Origin: Planctomycetales bacterium | GTDB taxonomy: Bacteria > 4484-113 | Direction of reading: 5' to 3' | DNA length: 33,489 bases | NCBI GenBank assembly: GCA_037445915.1 | Contig: JBBIJQ010000023.1 | Location: forward strand, 1-33,489 | The notes under the pieces: generated by a model | What the model was told of the DNA's origin: nothing | The model's database searches: none | The model's input: only the letters and a program-made list of their open reading frames with translations | Translations under genes and position numbers: made by a program | Part shown: positions 1 through 7,868 of the stretch, one piece after another | How the letters are laid out: each line of letters opens with the position of its first letter | Numbering within the stretch: position 1 is the first letter of the stretch

Positions 1-625
1 AAACAACCCACTCTTGCATTCCCTCTCCTGTTTTTGAGCTAAGTTTATGAATATCGGAGCGCGGGTTTAAGGAGCGAATAGCGGATGTAGCCTCCACAAT
101 GTTAAAGTCGCACCTATCGGCTAAGTCCAGTTTGCTGAAAACTATTGCATCCGCGGCGAAAAACGCATTACGGTATTTGATGATTTTGTCTTCGCCTTCC
201 GTGACAGAAAGAAGCGTTACCCGCGCCGACTCCCCCAAGTCCCATGATGCAGGGCAGATGAGGTTACCTATATTCTCAATAAAGATGAGATTGAGGTTTT
301 CAATGTCCAATTCGCTTAGCGCAACCCGAATCATAGGCGCAGTTAAGTGGCACGAGCCTTCAGTGTTTAGCTGAAGCGCCGTTCCGCCTACGGCCTCAAT
401 GCGCTCTGCATCAGACGTGCCAAAAGGATCTCCGACGATATCAGCGCAGCGAATCCCTTCAGGGAGCCTTCGTAAAGTTTCCTCAAGCAATGCGGTCTTT
501 CCGCTTCCAGGGCTGCTGATTATGTTTAGTGCTGCGATGTGGCGTGATGTTAGCTCGTAGCGGATGGCGGCCGCAACTTGGTCGTTTTTCTCGCTGATGG
601 CTTTCATAACTTTAACAATGACCAT
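1..625 (-). CDS. hypB: Hydrogenase nickel-insertion GTPase HypB (runs off the window edge; absent from the ORF track)
   Basis: Manual translation from ATG at 625: MVIVKVMKAISEKNDQVAAAIR...NIISSPGSGKTALLE (P-loop)...QLNTEGSCHL...FIENIGNLICPASWDLGE...LSVTEGEDKIIKY...FSKLDL. No stop before position 1. Confidence 0.95.
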   Translation of the reverse strand, partial: MVIVKVMKAISEKNDQVAAAIRYELTSRHIAALNIISSPGSGKTALLEETLRRLPEGIRCADIVGDPFGTSDAERIEAVGGTALQLNTEGSCHLTAPMIRVALSELDIENLNLIFIENIGNLICPASWDLGESARVTLLSVTEGEDKIIKYRNAFFAADAIVFSKLDLADRCDFNIVEATSAIRSLNPRSDIHKLSSKTGEGMQEWVV

Positions 626-628
626 CAA

Positions 629-2401
629 TTACTCCGTTAACCGGCGTTCAATGTTTCCGCTTACAAGGCTGACGACATAGAGGCTGCGCGAGCTAGACGG
701 CCCCATTGAAACGACTACCCGATCATCGCCTGCTATTGGGCTGTAAGCTAAGGAATGAACAGGTTCAGAAAACCTGGTGACGGCGTAATGCGCGCTGCCG
801 GCAGGGTCCATAACCCACACGTTTCTTACTCCGGTTTGATCGCTAAGAAAAGCGATAGTGCTGCCGTCTGCAGAGAAGGAAGCTGCGGATTCATTGCCCG
901 TTAAAGTAGCCGTTAGGTTTACGTTCACCGGGTTGCTGGAGTCTATGAACGCAGACTTGCTGAATATATCGTTATCTCCACCCTCGTTAGTTGCATAAAG
1001 CAACTGGTTATCAAGAAGCGGATGAAAGATAGGCGACCATTCGTCACGGGATGATCTTTCATCCGCGCGGCGGCTAAAGCTGCCATCAGCGTTCATTAAG
1101 TATATTCGTGAGTTAGAAGGCAAACCTTCCGAGCGGACAAAGGCGATTATCTGGGAATACGTCCCGCAAAATGCTGGGGAGGTTTCGTTTTCAGGAAGAA
1201 AAGTAAGCTGCGAACTTGCTCCAGAAGTCAAGCTGCGCACCCAAACATCCCAGTTGCCAGACACGTCGGAAGCATAAGCTACTAAGCTGCCGTCTGACGA
1301 GAAGCTTGGATGCCTTTCGTTAGCTGACGTGTCTGTAACCTGGCTAAGCCCTGAACCGTCCGCATTAATACGGTAAAGGTCGTAACGCCCGCCGATAGCC
1401 CGCGAGAAGATAATCGTATTAGCGAATACATTCCACGCCGGCTCAATGTCATCAAACGCGACTGCCGTAGTTCCAGTGCGAAAAGTAACTTGAAAGGGCT
1501 GGGATAAATTGCCGGAGTAGTCTTGAACAGGGTTAACAGTGATAACGTAATCCGTATTGGGTATAAACATCCCTGCGAGAATAATCCTCAAAATGTTATC
1601 CTCTGCAGCCAACTCTCTTATCTCTAAGGCAGGCTCAATGGCGGCCGAATAGCCGCCTGCAGGAGGGGCTATGGTGTCGGAATACGTAACTTGGACAGCC
1701 TGGTTTAGCGGCACGTCAGATGCGCCGTTGCTCGGAATAGATGCAAGCGCAACAGGCGCTGCTTTATCAATTGCCGTTGTGCAAAAGAATGTAAATGCCT
1801 CTGCGCTAAGCCTTGTTCCGTCAACCGCAGAAACCCCGGCAATCCGCAAGCGGTAACGCTGGCCGGGCTTAAGTTCCCTGGATGGATACAATCTTACCGA
1901 TGCGCCATCAACTACAAACTCTATTTCTCCAACGCCGGGAGTAAGCAAAAAAGAGCTAGCACTAATTGATGCCGGGTTTATGCTGCGGGAAAAAGTAATC
2001 TCAATTGGCCCGAGTAGCAAAGCTTCTTGCGAATTCAAGTGCGGATTTACGCGAACAACTGTAAATTTGCTCGGAGAAGGATCTAGTACGACCGTTAGCT
2101 GATTATCCCCATTGCTCACGAAAACATCTTGGGCAAAAAACACTCCGTCAGCACCTTGGATGCTCAAGTTGTAGATCCCTGGGCTTTGCAGCTGGAAGCT
2201 GAAGTTGCCATCGGAATCTGTGTAGGATGTTAGCAGCGAAAGCTGAACAGAGGCGTTAGCCGCAGGCGCGCCGGCAACAGTAGTGACATGGCCTATAAGG
2301 GTGGGGGAGCTGGAAGGCGAAGGCTGGCGACCGTGGCCGGAGGCGCATGAAACAAAGAATATCAGCGATGCTAATGCTAAGGGAACGGTCGAGGCCTTCA
2401 T
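629..2401 (-). CDS. Lipoprotein: carboxypeptidase-regulatory-like beta-sandwich, two Ig-like (Big_5/SbsA type) domains and a C-terminal TolB-like PD40 beta-propeller
   Basis: Lipobox-like FFVSC after a hydrophobic stretch; YTDSDGNFSF; two Ig-like repeats (IEITFSRSINPAS..., VQVTYSDTI...); repeated PD40-like units (HPSFSSDGSLVAYASD, SFSADGSTIAFLSD). Confidence 0.8.
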   Translation of the reverse strand: MKASTVPLALASLIFFVSCASGHGRQPSPSSSPTLIGHVTTVAGAPAANASVQLSLLTSYTDSDGNFSFQLQSPGIYNLSIQGADGVFFAQDVFVSNGDNQLTVVLDPSPSKFTVVRVNPHLNSQEALLLGPIEITFSRSINPASISASSFLLTPGVGEIEFVVDGASVRLYPSRELKPGQRYRLRIAGVSAVDGTRLSAEAFTFFCTTAIDKAAPVALASIPSNGASDVPLNQAVQVTYSDTIAPPAGGYSAAIEPALEIRELAAEDNILRIILAGMFIPNTDYVITVNPVQDYSGNLSQPFQVTFRTGTTAVAFDDIEPAWNVFANTIIFSRAIGGRYDLYRINADGSGLSQVTDTSANERHPSFSSDGSLVAYASDVSGNWDVWVRSLTSGASSQLTFLPENETSPAFCGTYSQIIAFVRSEGLPSNSRIYLMNADGSFSRRADERSSRDEWSPIFHPLLDNQLLYATNEGGDNDIFSKSAFIDSSNPVNVNLTATLTGNESAASFSADGSTIAFLSDQTGVRNVWVMDPAGSAHYAVTRFSEPVHSLAYSPIAGDDRVVVSMGPSSSRSLYVVSLVSGNIERRLTE

Positions 2402-3282
2402 TTGAGAGTCCCCACCAACAACTCACCAGACTGATTGTAAACGAGTATCCGCTCACCGGCCTTATCAATAAACAACGGCGAATCCTGAAAGTTTGCTCCT
2501 AAGTTAACTTCATCAGCCTTTCCAGATTTGATTATGTAAACGCGCTTGTTGCGGGAAACAAGCGCGCGACCATCCTCTAGTAACAGCGCATCTGATGGTG
2601 GTAGATCGCCGCCGAGTGCGGGCAGCAAATCGTACGTTTTTACGAGGCAGCCTCCTGTCGTGACTTCGTAAAGTTGAGAAGTGTTGTATGAGAAGGCGAA
2701 AAGCTTATCTGCCCTATTCCCCAGCCTTGCGAAAAAACCCTCTGGCTTGTTCAGGGCTTGCCGCAAGTCCAACGATGAAACGAGTTCGCCATTGGAGTTG
2801 ATGCGAAGTATAAAACCGCGTTCCGTAAGGAGCCAAAAGCCGCCTTTGAAATTAGAGCTGGCAGGAATGACATCTACGGGGCTGCCGTATGGAGTGGTGA
2901 GGATGCTGGAAGCAAGCCCGCATGAGCTAATGGAGTTGCCGTCTTTAGAAAACAGGTGCAGGCGGCTGCTTGCTTCATCAAGGATTAGCGCATTTCGGGC
3001 CAAGCTAGACACTAAGGTCGGGTAAAAAAGACGGGTTTCTCCAAGCTCGTTGTGGAAGATATCAACCTTGCCGTTTCTGGTATCTATAAAGGCGAAGAGG
3101 CCAGACTCTCCTAGCGAAGCGCAGATATGCGTCTCGCCGATAAGCCTGGCCCGGTATATGCTTCCTCCATGCTTTAGGGCTTTTACATCGGATAGTTTTG
3201 CTGCCGTGCCTGAGATGCTGGTTGCAGCCAGCCAAGCGGGTAGGCACACTGCAAGTCCTGCGATGAGGCAAATAACACGCAC
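2398..3282 (-). CDS. Secreted hypothetical protein, probably a beta-propeller
   Basis: 294-aa ORF with an N-terminal signal-like segment and short beta-strand repeats (LILDEASSRLHLFSKDG, GFILRINSNG); 4-nt overlap with the next gene. Confidence 0.65.
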   Translation of the reverse strand: MRVICLIAGLAVCLPAWLAATSISGTAAKLSDVKALKHGGSIYRARLIGETHICASLGESGLFAFIDTRNGKVDIFHNELGETRLFYPTLVSSLARNALILDEASSRLHLFSKDGNSISSCGLASSILTTPYGSPVDVIPASSNFKGGFWLLTERGFILRINSNGELVSSLDLRQALNKPEGFFARLGNRADKLFAFSYNTSQLYEVTTGGCLVKTYDLLPALGGDLPPSDALLLEDGRALVSRNKRVYIIKSGKADEVNLGANFQDSPLFIDKAGERILVYNQSGELLVGTLK

Positions 3283-3289
3283 GCTTTCT

Positions 3290-3298
3290 ATTCTACCA
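3290..3298 (-). promoter_or_regulatory. Extended -10 promoter (TGgTAGAAT), probable leaderless start
   Basis: Minus strand reads TGG-TAGAAT-agaaagc-GTG, with the GTG at 3282; no Shine-Dalgarno. Confidence 0.55.
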
Positions 3299-3345
3299 GC
3301 TTGGGTTACTTAAACAACGCTTTTCAGTTACCGCCAAGAATAGCC

Positions 3346-3374
3346 TTGACACTTAAGCAGTACCACCTTAGACT
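3346..3374 (+). promoter_or_regulatory. Sigma70-type promoter of the 6S RNA
   Basis: TTGACA (3346-3351), 17-nt spacer, TAGACT (3369-3374); the predicted start near 3381 coincides with the 5' end of the closing stem. Confidence 0.85.
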
Positions 3375-3380
3375 GAGAGT

Positions 3381-3534
3381 GAACCCTGCGGTGTTCGAGG
3401 TGCGGGACATCGGACCGAGCCAACACCTTGAGACTAGGGAACCGAAGTCCGTTGCCTCGCGGGGTAATGGCTAGGTGCCCCCCTGTTTTGCAGGCTCGAG
3501 GTTCTAACCTGCGACTACGGCACATGCGGGGTTC
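3381..3534 (+). ncRNA. ssrS: 6S RNA
   Basis: 5' GAACCCTGCGGTGTTCG pairs with 3' CGGCACATGCGGGGTTC; internal GAGCCAACACC...GGGAACC and GGTTC...GACTACGGCAC elements resemble bacterial 6S RNAs; own promoter; pyrimidine-rich tract follows. Confidence 0.85.
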
Positions 3535-3574
3535 CTTTCTTCTTTGCTTTGCTGCATCGGAATCCGGCCTCGTT

Positions 3575-3583
3575 TGTTATAAT
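3575..3583 (+). promoter_or_regulatory. Extended -10 promoter (TGtTATAAT) for the trx-like/iscS genes
   Basis: TGT-TATAAT ends 8 nt before the ATG at 3592; no Shine-Dalgarno. Confidence 0.7.
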
Positions 3584-3591
3584 ATGCGCTT

Positions 3592-3924
3592 ATGGATATT
3601 CCGGCTCTTAAGGATTCCAATTTCGAGGCCTACATTGAAACAACTCCCAGGCCGGTGCTGGTCACTTTTATCACGCGCGCAAGCCGTCCGGCTAGCGAAC
3701 AGCTCGCAACCACAATTGACTTGGCAGCGAGCTACGAAGGCGTAATCTCTTTCGCTATCGTAAACGCCGAGGAATCCCCCGAATTAACCGACAAGTACGG
3801 AATACTTTCCGTTCCAACTTCGGTATTATTCAACGGCGGTAAAGTGGCAGACCGGTTTGTAGGGCTGGTGAGTAAATCCGCCTTGAGCGAACGCCTTGAC
3901 GAAGCGCTCAGGAATCTCGTATGA
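3592..3924 (+). CDS. Thioredoxin-fold protein lacking the CXXC motif
   Basis: Colinear with TrxA (NFE...PVLVTF...VNAEESPELTDKYGILSVPTSVLFNGGKVADRFVG), but the WCGPC position reads ASRPA and the protein has no Cys. Confidence 0.85.
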   Translation: MDIPALKDSNFEAYIETTPRPVLVTFITRASRPASEQLATTIDLAASYEGVISFAIVNAEESPELTDKYGILSVPTSVLFNGGKVADRFVGLVSKSALSERLDEALRNLV

Positions 3925-5078
3925 GAACCGTATATCTTGACCATTCAGCAACGACCTATGTCCGGGAAGAAGTCTTGCAGGAAATGCTGCCGTACTTCTC
4001 CGAGCAATATGGAAATCCCAGCTCAATACACTCTGCTGGCAGGGATAGTCGGCGTGTGCTTGACGACTGCCGTGAGCGCGTAGCGGCGGTATTGCGCGTC
4101 AAGCCAAGCGAGATTATCTTCACCTCTGGCGGAAGCGAGGCGGATAACCTAGCTATCAAGGGGCGCTCCTGGGCAATGCACTCCAAGGGCGATCACATTA
4201 TCACATCAACAATTGAGCACCACGCAGTGCTTCACTCTTACAAGTGGCTTGAAACGCAAGGCTTTCGTGCAACTTATTTGCCGGTTGACCGTGAGGGCAA
4301 AGTCAGCGCTGAGGAGCTTTCCAAAGCGATTACCGATAAGACCATCCTCGTTAGCATAATGGCTAGTAATAATGAGGTCGGCACAATCCAAGATATCTCA
4401 GCGTTATCGTCAGCATGCGCAGAGCGTGGGGTTGTATTTCATTCCGACGCAGTCCAGAGCATTGGATATTACGACTTGAAACTGGATTTGCTGCCTATAG
4501 ACATGCTCACCCTTAGTGCCCACAAGTTTTATGGCCCCAAAGGGGTAGGGGTTCTTTTTCTCCGTTCAGGCACTAAGATTGAGCCCCTCGTGCACGGTGG
4601 GTCGCAAGAACGCCACCTGCGCGCAGGTACGGAGAACATCGCTGGAATTGTCGGGCTTACGAAAGCATTGGAGTTGGTGACGGCCGAGATGCCGGCAGCC
4701 GTCCCGAGGCTGGTCTGCTTGCGGGATAAGCTGATTGCAAACATTCTGGCGAACATCCCCGACACTGGCTTAAACGGGAGTCATGCACAACGCCTTCCTC
4801 ACAACGCTAACATATACTTTTCGCGCATTGAAGGTGAAGGAATACTCCTCCAGATGGATTTGTCTGGTATCTACGCATCCAGCGGTTCGGCGTGTACAAG
4901 CGGCTCGCTTGAGCCTAGTCACGTCCTAGCGGCGATGGGCCTAGATACAATGCTCATACACGGTTCAGTACGGTTCACATTAGGCCATCGCACTACCGAG
5001 TCTGATATAGACTACTTGATTGAGAAGCTTCCGCCGATTATTGAAAAGCTGCGCGCTTTGAGTGCCATTCCTGCATAG
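3921..5078 (+). CDS. iscS: Cysteine desulfurase, IscS/NifS type (group I)
   Basis: YLDHSATT, YGNPSS, HSDAVQ, PLP lysine in SAHKFYGPKG, catalytic SSGSACTS. Confidence 0.97.
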   Translation: MRTVYLDHSATTYVREEVLQEMLPYFSEQYGNPSSIHSAGRDSRRVLDDCRERVAAVLRVKPSEIIFTSGGSEADNLAIKGRSWAMHSKGDHIITSTIEHHAVLHSYKWLETQGFRATYLPVDREGKVSAEELSKAITDKTILVSIMASNNEVGTIQDISALSSACAERGVVFHSDAVQSIGYYDLKLDLLPIDMLTLSAHKFYGPKGVGVLFLRSGTKIEPLVHGGSQERHLRAGTENIAGIVGLTKALELVTAEMPAAVPRLVCLRDKLIANILANIPDTGLNGSHAQRLPHNANIYFSRIEGEGILLQMDLSGIYASSGSACTSGSLEPSHVLAAMGLDTMLIHGSVRFTLGHRTTESDIDYLIEKLPPIIEKLRALSAIPA

Positions 5079-5163
5079 ACGCGCTAAACTATACCTCTGC
5101 AACCGCCCCTGCTTGTGAGGCGATGCAATCTCTAGAGCTAAAGTCCAAAATCGGAGGGTCGTT

Positions 5164-5688
5164 ATGTTTGCGCCTGCAGGTGGTGCATCCCAATCTTGTT
5201 CAAACGGTATCGCTCAAGACGTTGAAGCGATTTTGAGGGATTACGACGGGACGCCTGAAGACACTATTATGGTGCTGCAAGACGTGCAGGCCAAGTGTAA
5301 CTGGCTTCCGCCGGAAGCGTTAGCTATAGTCTCTAAGAAGCTCGGAGTCCCCCTAGCTCAGCTTTACCATATCGGAACTTTCTACAAGGCTTTTTCCCTT
5401 GAGCCTCGCGGCAAGCACATACTTCAGCTCTGCATGGGAACTGCGTGCCATGTGCGCGGCGCGGCCCTTATTGCCGATGAATTGAATCGTCAATGGGGCA
5501 TTAAGCTGGGCAAGACTACCCCTGATGGGCTGATCACGTTTGAAAAAGTTAACTGCCTTGGGGCTTGTGCCATTGGGCCAATTGTAGTTATTGACGGAGG
5601 CTATAAAGGTAACATGACTATTAACCGGTCTAATGCCCTTATTAAGCGGCTGAAGCGCGAAGGAGAGGAGGAGGGAGGCGATGCCTAG
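5164..5688 (+). CDS. nuoE: NuoE/HydC-like [2Fe-2S] subunit
   Basis: TFYKAFSLEPRGKH, CMGTACHVRG, NCLGACAIGP; Shine-Dalgarno GGAGG upstream. Confidence 0.92.
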   Translation: MFAPAGGASQSCSNGIAQDVEAILRDYDGTPEDTIMVLQDVQAKCNWLPPEALAIVSKKLGVPLAQLYHIGTFYKAFSLEPRGKHILQLCMGTACHVRGAALIADELNRQWGIKLGKTTPDGLITFEKVNCLGACAIGPIVVIDGGYKGNMTINRSNALIKRLKREGEEEGGDA

Positions 5689-7546
5689 GCTTCTATCGGC
5701 CGAAATGCTTTATGCCTATCAGCTTGAGGCTAAACGCGAGCTTGACAAGTACCCCATAGTTGTTTCGCTATGCCATGGAACCGCATGCTGCGCTATCGGC
5801 TCCCGCGAAATTGCAGCTGCGTTTGATGAAGCGTTAGCTGGCGGGGAGAAAGTTAAATTCATTAAAAGCGGGTGCCATGGCTTTTGCGAAGTAGGGCCGC
5901 TAGTTGTAGTGCGGCCGTTAGATGTCGTTTATCAACGGGTTAAGGTTTCTGATGTTGATGAGATAGTTGAGAAGTCGCTGCGATATGGCCAAGTTATAGA
6001 CCGGCTTTTGTACCGCGAATACGGGTGTGATAAGCCTTGCGCTAAAGAGAGTGAGATCCCATTCTACGCGAAACAGCATAAAGTCATCCTGGCGCTAAAC
6101 AGCTACATTGACCCTAACAGCATTGACGACTACCTTGCTTATGGCGGCTATAGCGCACTCGCAAAGGCGCTCAAGGAGATGTCCCCTGAACAGGTGCTTG
6201 ATGAAGTCCAAGATGCGCGGCTGAGGGGGCGCGGCGGCGGTGGCTTCGATGCCGGCCGCAAGTGGAGAAGCTGTAAGAAAGCTCAGCCCGGCAAGCCTCA
6301 TCACATTGTCTGCAATGCTGATGAAGGCGACCCAGGCGCGTTCATGGATGAGTCAATTTTGGAAGGCAATCCGCATTCCGTCATTGAAGGAATGATTATC
6401 GGCGCATATGCTATAGGAGGCGCTGACGGGTTCATTTATATCCGAAACGAGTACCCGCTTGCCGTGAAAACGTTTTCCAGCGCGCTCAACCAAGCCAGGG
6501 ATTACGGGCTGCTTGGAGAGAACATACTTGGTATGGGCCTTAGCTTTGATATCAAAGTATCGCGTGGCGGAGGAGCGTTCGTATGCGGCGAGTCATCTGC
6601 GCTATTTCGCAGCTTGGAAGGCAAAGTAGGCGTGCCGCGCGCGAAGTATGTCCACTCGGTTGAGCGCGGCTATCATGATGAGCCAACCAACTTGAACAAC
6701 GTGGAAACCTGGGCTAACGTGCCTCATATCATTACTAAAGGGGCTAAGTGGTTTCGCGGTTTGGGGACGGAGGGAAGCCCAGGAACAAAAGTGTTTTCCC
6801 TCGTTGGAAAGGTGAAAAACACCGGCCTTATTGAAGTGCCGATGGGTATCAGCCTTCGCGAAATTATTTTCGGTATCGGGGGCGGTATAAAAGACGATAA
6901 AGCATTTAAGGCAGTCCAAACTGGCGGTCCCTCCGGCGGATGCATCCCAGAGAGCATGCTTGAGATGCCGGTTGACTTTGATGAGCTGACGAAGGCAGGC
7001 TCAATGATGGGTTCCGGTGGGATGATAGTGCTGGATGAGGACACTTGCGTAGTGGATGTCGCGCGTTACTTTGTGGATTTTCTCGTTGAGGAATCCTGTG
7101 GGAAGTGTTTGCCATGCCGTGAAGGCCTGCGCCAGATGTCTGCTGTGCTTCACCGAATTTGCGGTGGAGATGGCGTGAAAGACGACTTTGAAACGCTGGA
7201 GCGAATGGGTAAATCTATCGGCGATTGTTCGCTCTGCGCTTTGGGCGGCTCAGCCCCTAATCCTGTGCTCTCAACTCTTCGCTATTTCCGAGGCGAATAT
7301 GAGGCACACATTCTGGAAAAACGGTGTCCCGGCGGAGTCTGCACAGCGCTCATCACCTATAGTATTGTCCCTGCGCTTTGCAACGGCTGTGCGGCTTGCG
7401 AAAAGTTGTGCCCTACAAATGCAATTAGCTCCATCGCCGGTGAAAAACGCGAGAAAGGAGAGCTTCGCGTAATTGATGAAGTTACATGTGTAAAGTGCGG
7501 GGCTTGCCTTGAGATTTGCCCTACCAGGGCAATCGTCAGGAAGTAG
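5681..7546 (+). CDS. nuoF: NuoF/HydB-like FMN/NAD(P)H subunit with N-terminal [2Fe-2S] and C-terminal 2[4Fe-4S] domains
   Basis: CHGTACC/GCHGFCE domain; LRGRGGGGF; CNADEGDPGAFMD; GGPSGG; ESCGKCLPCREG...SLCALG; CNGCAACEKLCP and CVKCGACLEICP. Confidence 0.95.
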   Translation: MPRLLSAEMLYAYQLEAKRELDKYPIVVSLCHGTACCAIGSREIAAAFDEALAGGEKVKFIKSGCHGFCEVGPLVVVRPLDVVYQRVKVSDVDEIVEKSLRYGQVIDRLLYREYGCDKPCAKESEIPFYAKQHKVILALNSYIDPNSIDDYLAYGGYSALAKALKEMSPEQVLDEVQDARLRGRGGGGFDAGRKWRSCKKAQPGKPHHIVCNADEGDPGAFMDESILEGNPHSVIEGMIIGAYAIGGADGFIYIRNEYPLAVKTFSSALNQARDYGLLGENILGMGLSFDIKVSRGGGAFVCGESSALFRSLEGKVGVPRAKYVHSVERGYHDEPTNLNNVETWANVPHIITKGAKWFRGLGTEGSPGTKVFSLVGKVKNTGLIEVPMGISLREIIFGIGGGIKDDKAFKAVQTGGPSGGCIPESMLEMPVDFDELTKAGSMMGSGGMIVLDEDTCVVDVARYFVDFLVEESCGKCLPCREGLRQMSAVLHRICGGDGVKDDFETLERMGKSIGDCSLCALGGSAPNPVLSTLRYFRGEYEAHILEKRCPGGVCTALITYSIVPALCNGCAACEKLCPTNAISSIAGEKREKGELRVIDEVTCVKCGACLEICPTRAIVRK

Positions 7547-7568
7547 GCTTCCTTGCCTGCTCCAGCCC

Positions 7569-7597
7569 TTCACAAGCTATGTTTATGCTGATATACT
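7569..7597 (+). promoter_or_regulatory. Sigma70-type promoter of the hdr-mvh operon
   Basis: TTCACA (7569-7574), 17-nt spacer ending in TGa, TATACT (7592-7597). Confidence 0.7.
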
Positions 7598-7694
7598 ATC
7601 GTGGCGCTGCGGCTACAGCATGAACCTCGTTTTCGGCATCCGCGAGCGGCCAACAATGTCTTTGAAACCTCGTTTTCCGATGCGAGTTAAAGAG

Positions 7695-7712
7695 TTGTGA
7701 TTATTTTCACAT
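7695..7712. promoter_or_regulatory. Palindromic operator, Rex-like or CRP-family
   Basis: TTGTGATTATTTTCACAT contains an exact TGTGA-N6-TCACA and differs at 2 positions from the Rex consensus TTGTGAA-N4-TTCACAA. Confidence 0.65.
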
Positions 7713-7868
7713 TAGGTCGCGGTCATTTCGCGGCCTTTCTGATGAAATAAGGCCGCTGTAGTTGCGTTTCGCAAATACCGCAGAATGCGCTTGTATAGCA
7801 CGCAGCGATGAACATACAATGTGCCTCAGGGTGGCAAACGAGCCTCGCATTTCTTAAGGAGTCTTGAT

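Noticed and set aside
99-374. 91-aa plus-strand ORF
   Set aside because: Antisense to the clearly recognisable hypB.
3328-3745. ORFs 3328-3525 (-) and 3428-3745 (+)
   Set aside because: They overlap the 6S RNA and the trx-like promoter and have no protein-like features.
5164-7546. Respiratory complex I operon
   Set aside because: No other nuo genes are present, and the extra Fe-S domains indicate a soluble HydB-type module.
7623-7677. Direct repeat as a CRISPR remnant
   Set aside because: Only two 12-nt copies and no cas genes in the window.
7509-7700. 63-aa ORF across the nuoF-hdrC gap as a possible missing subunit
   Set aside because: No Fe-S motif or SD, and it overlaps the promoter and operator elements.
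7739-7745. CTGATGA, resembling a hammerhead ribozyme core
   Set aside because: No stem II followed by GAAA and no stem III in the required order.
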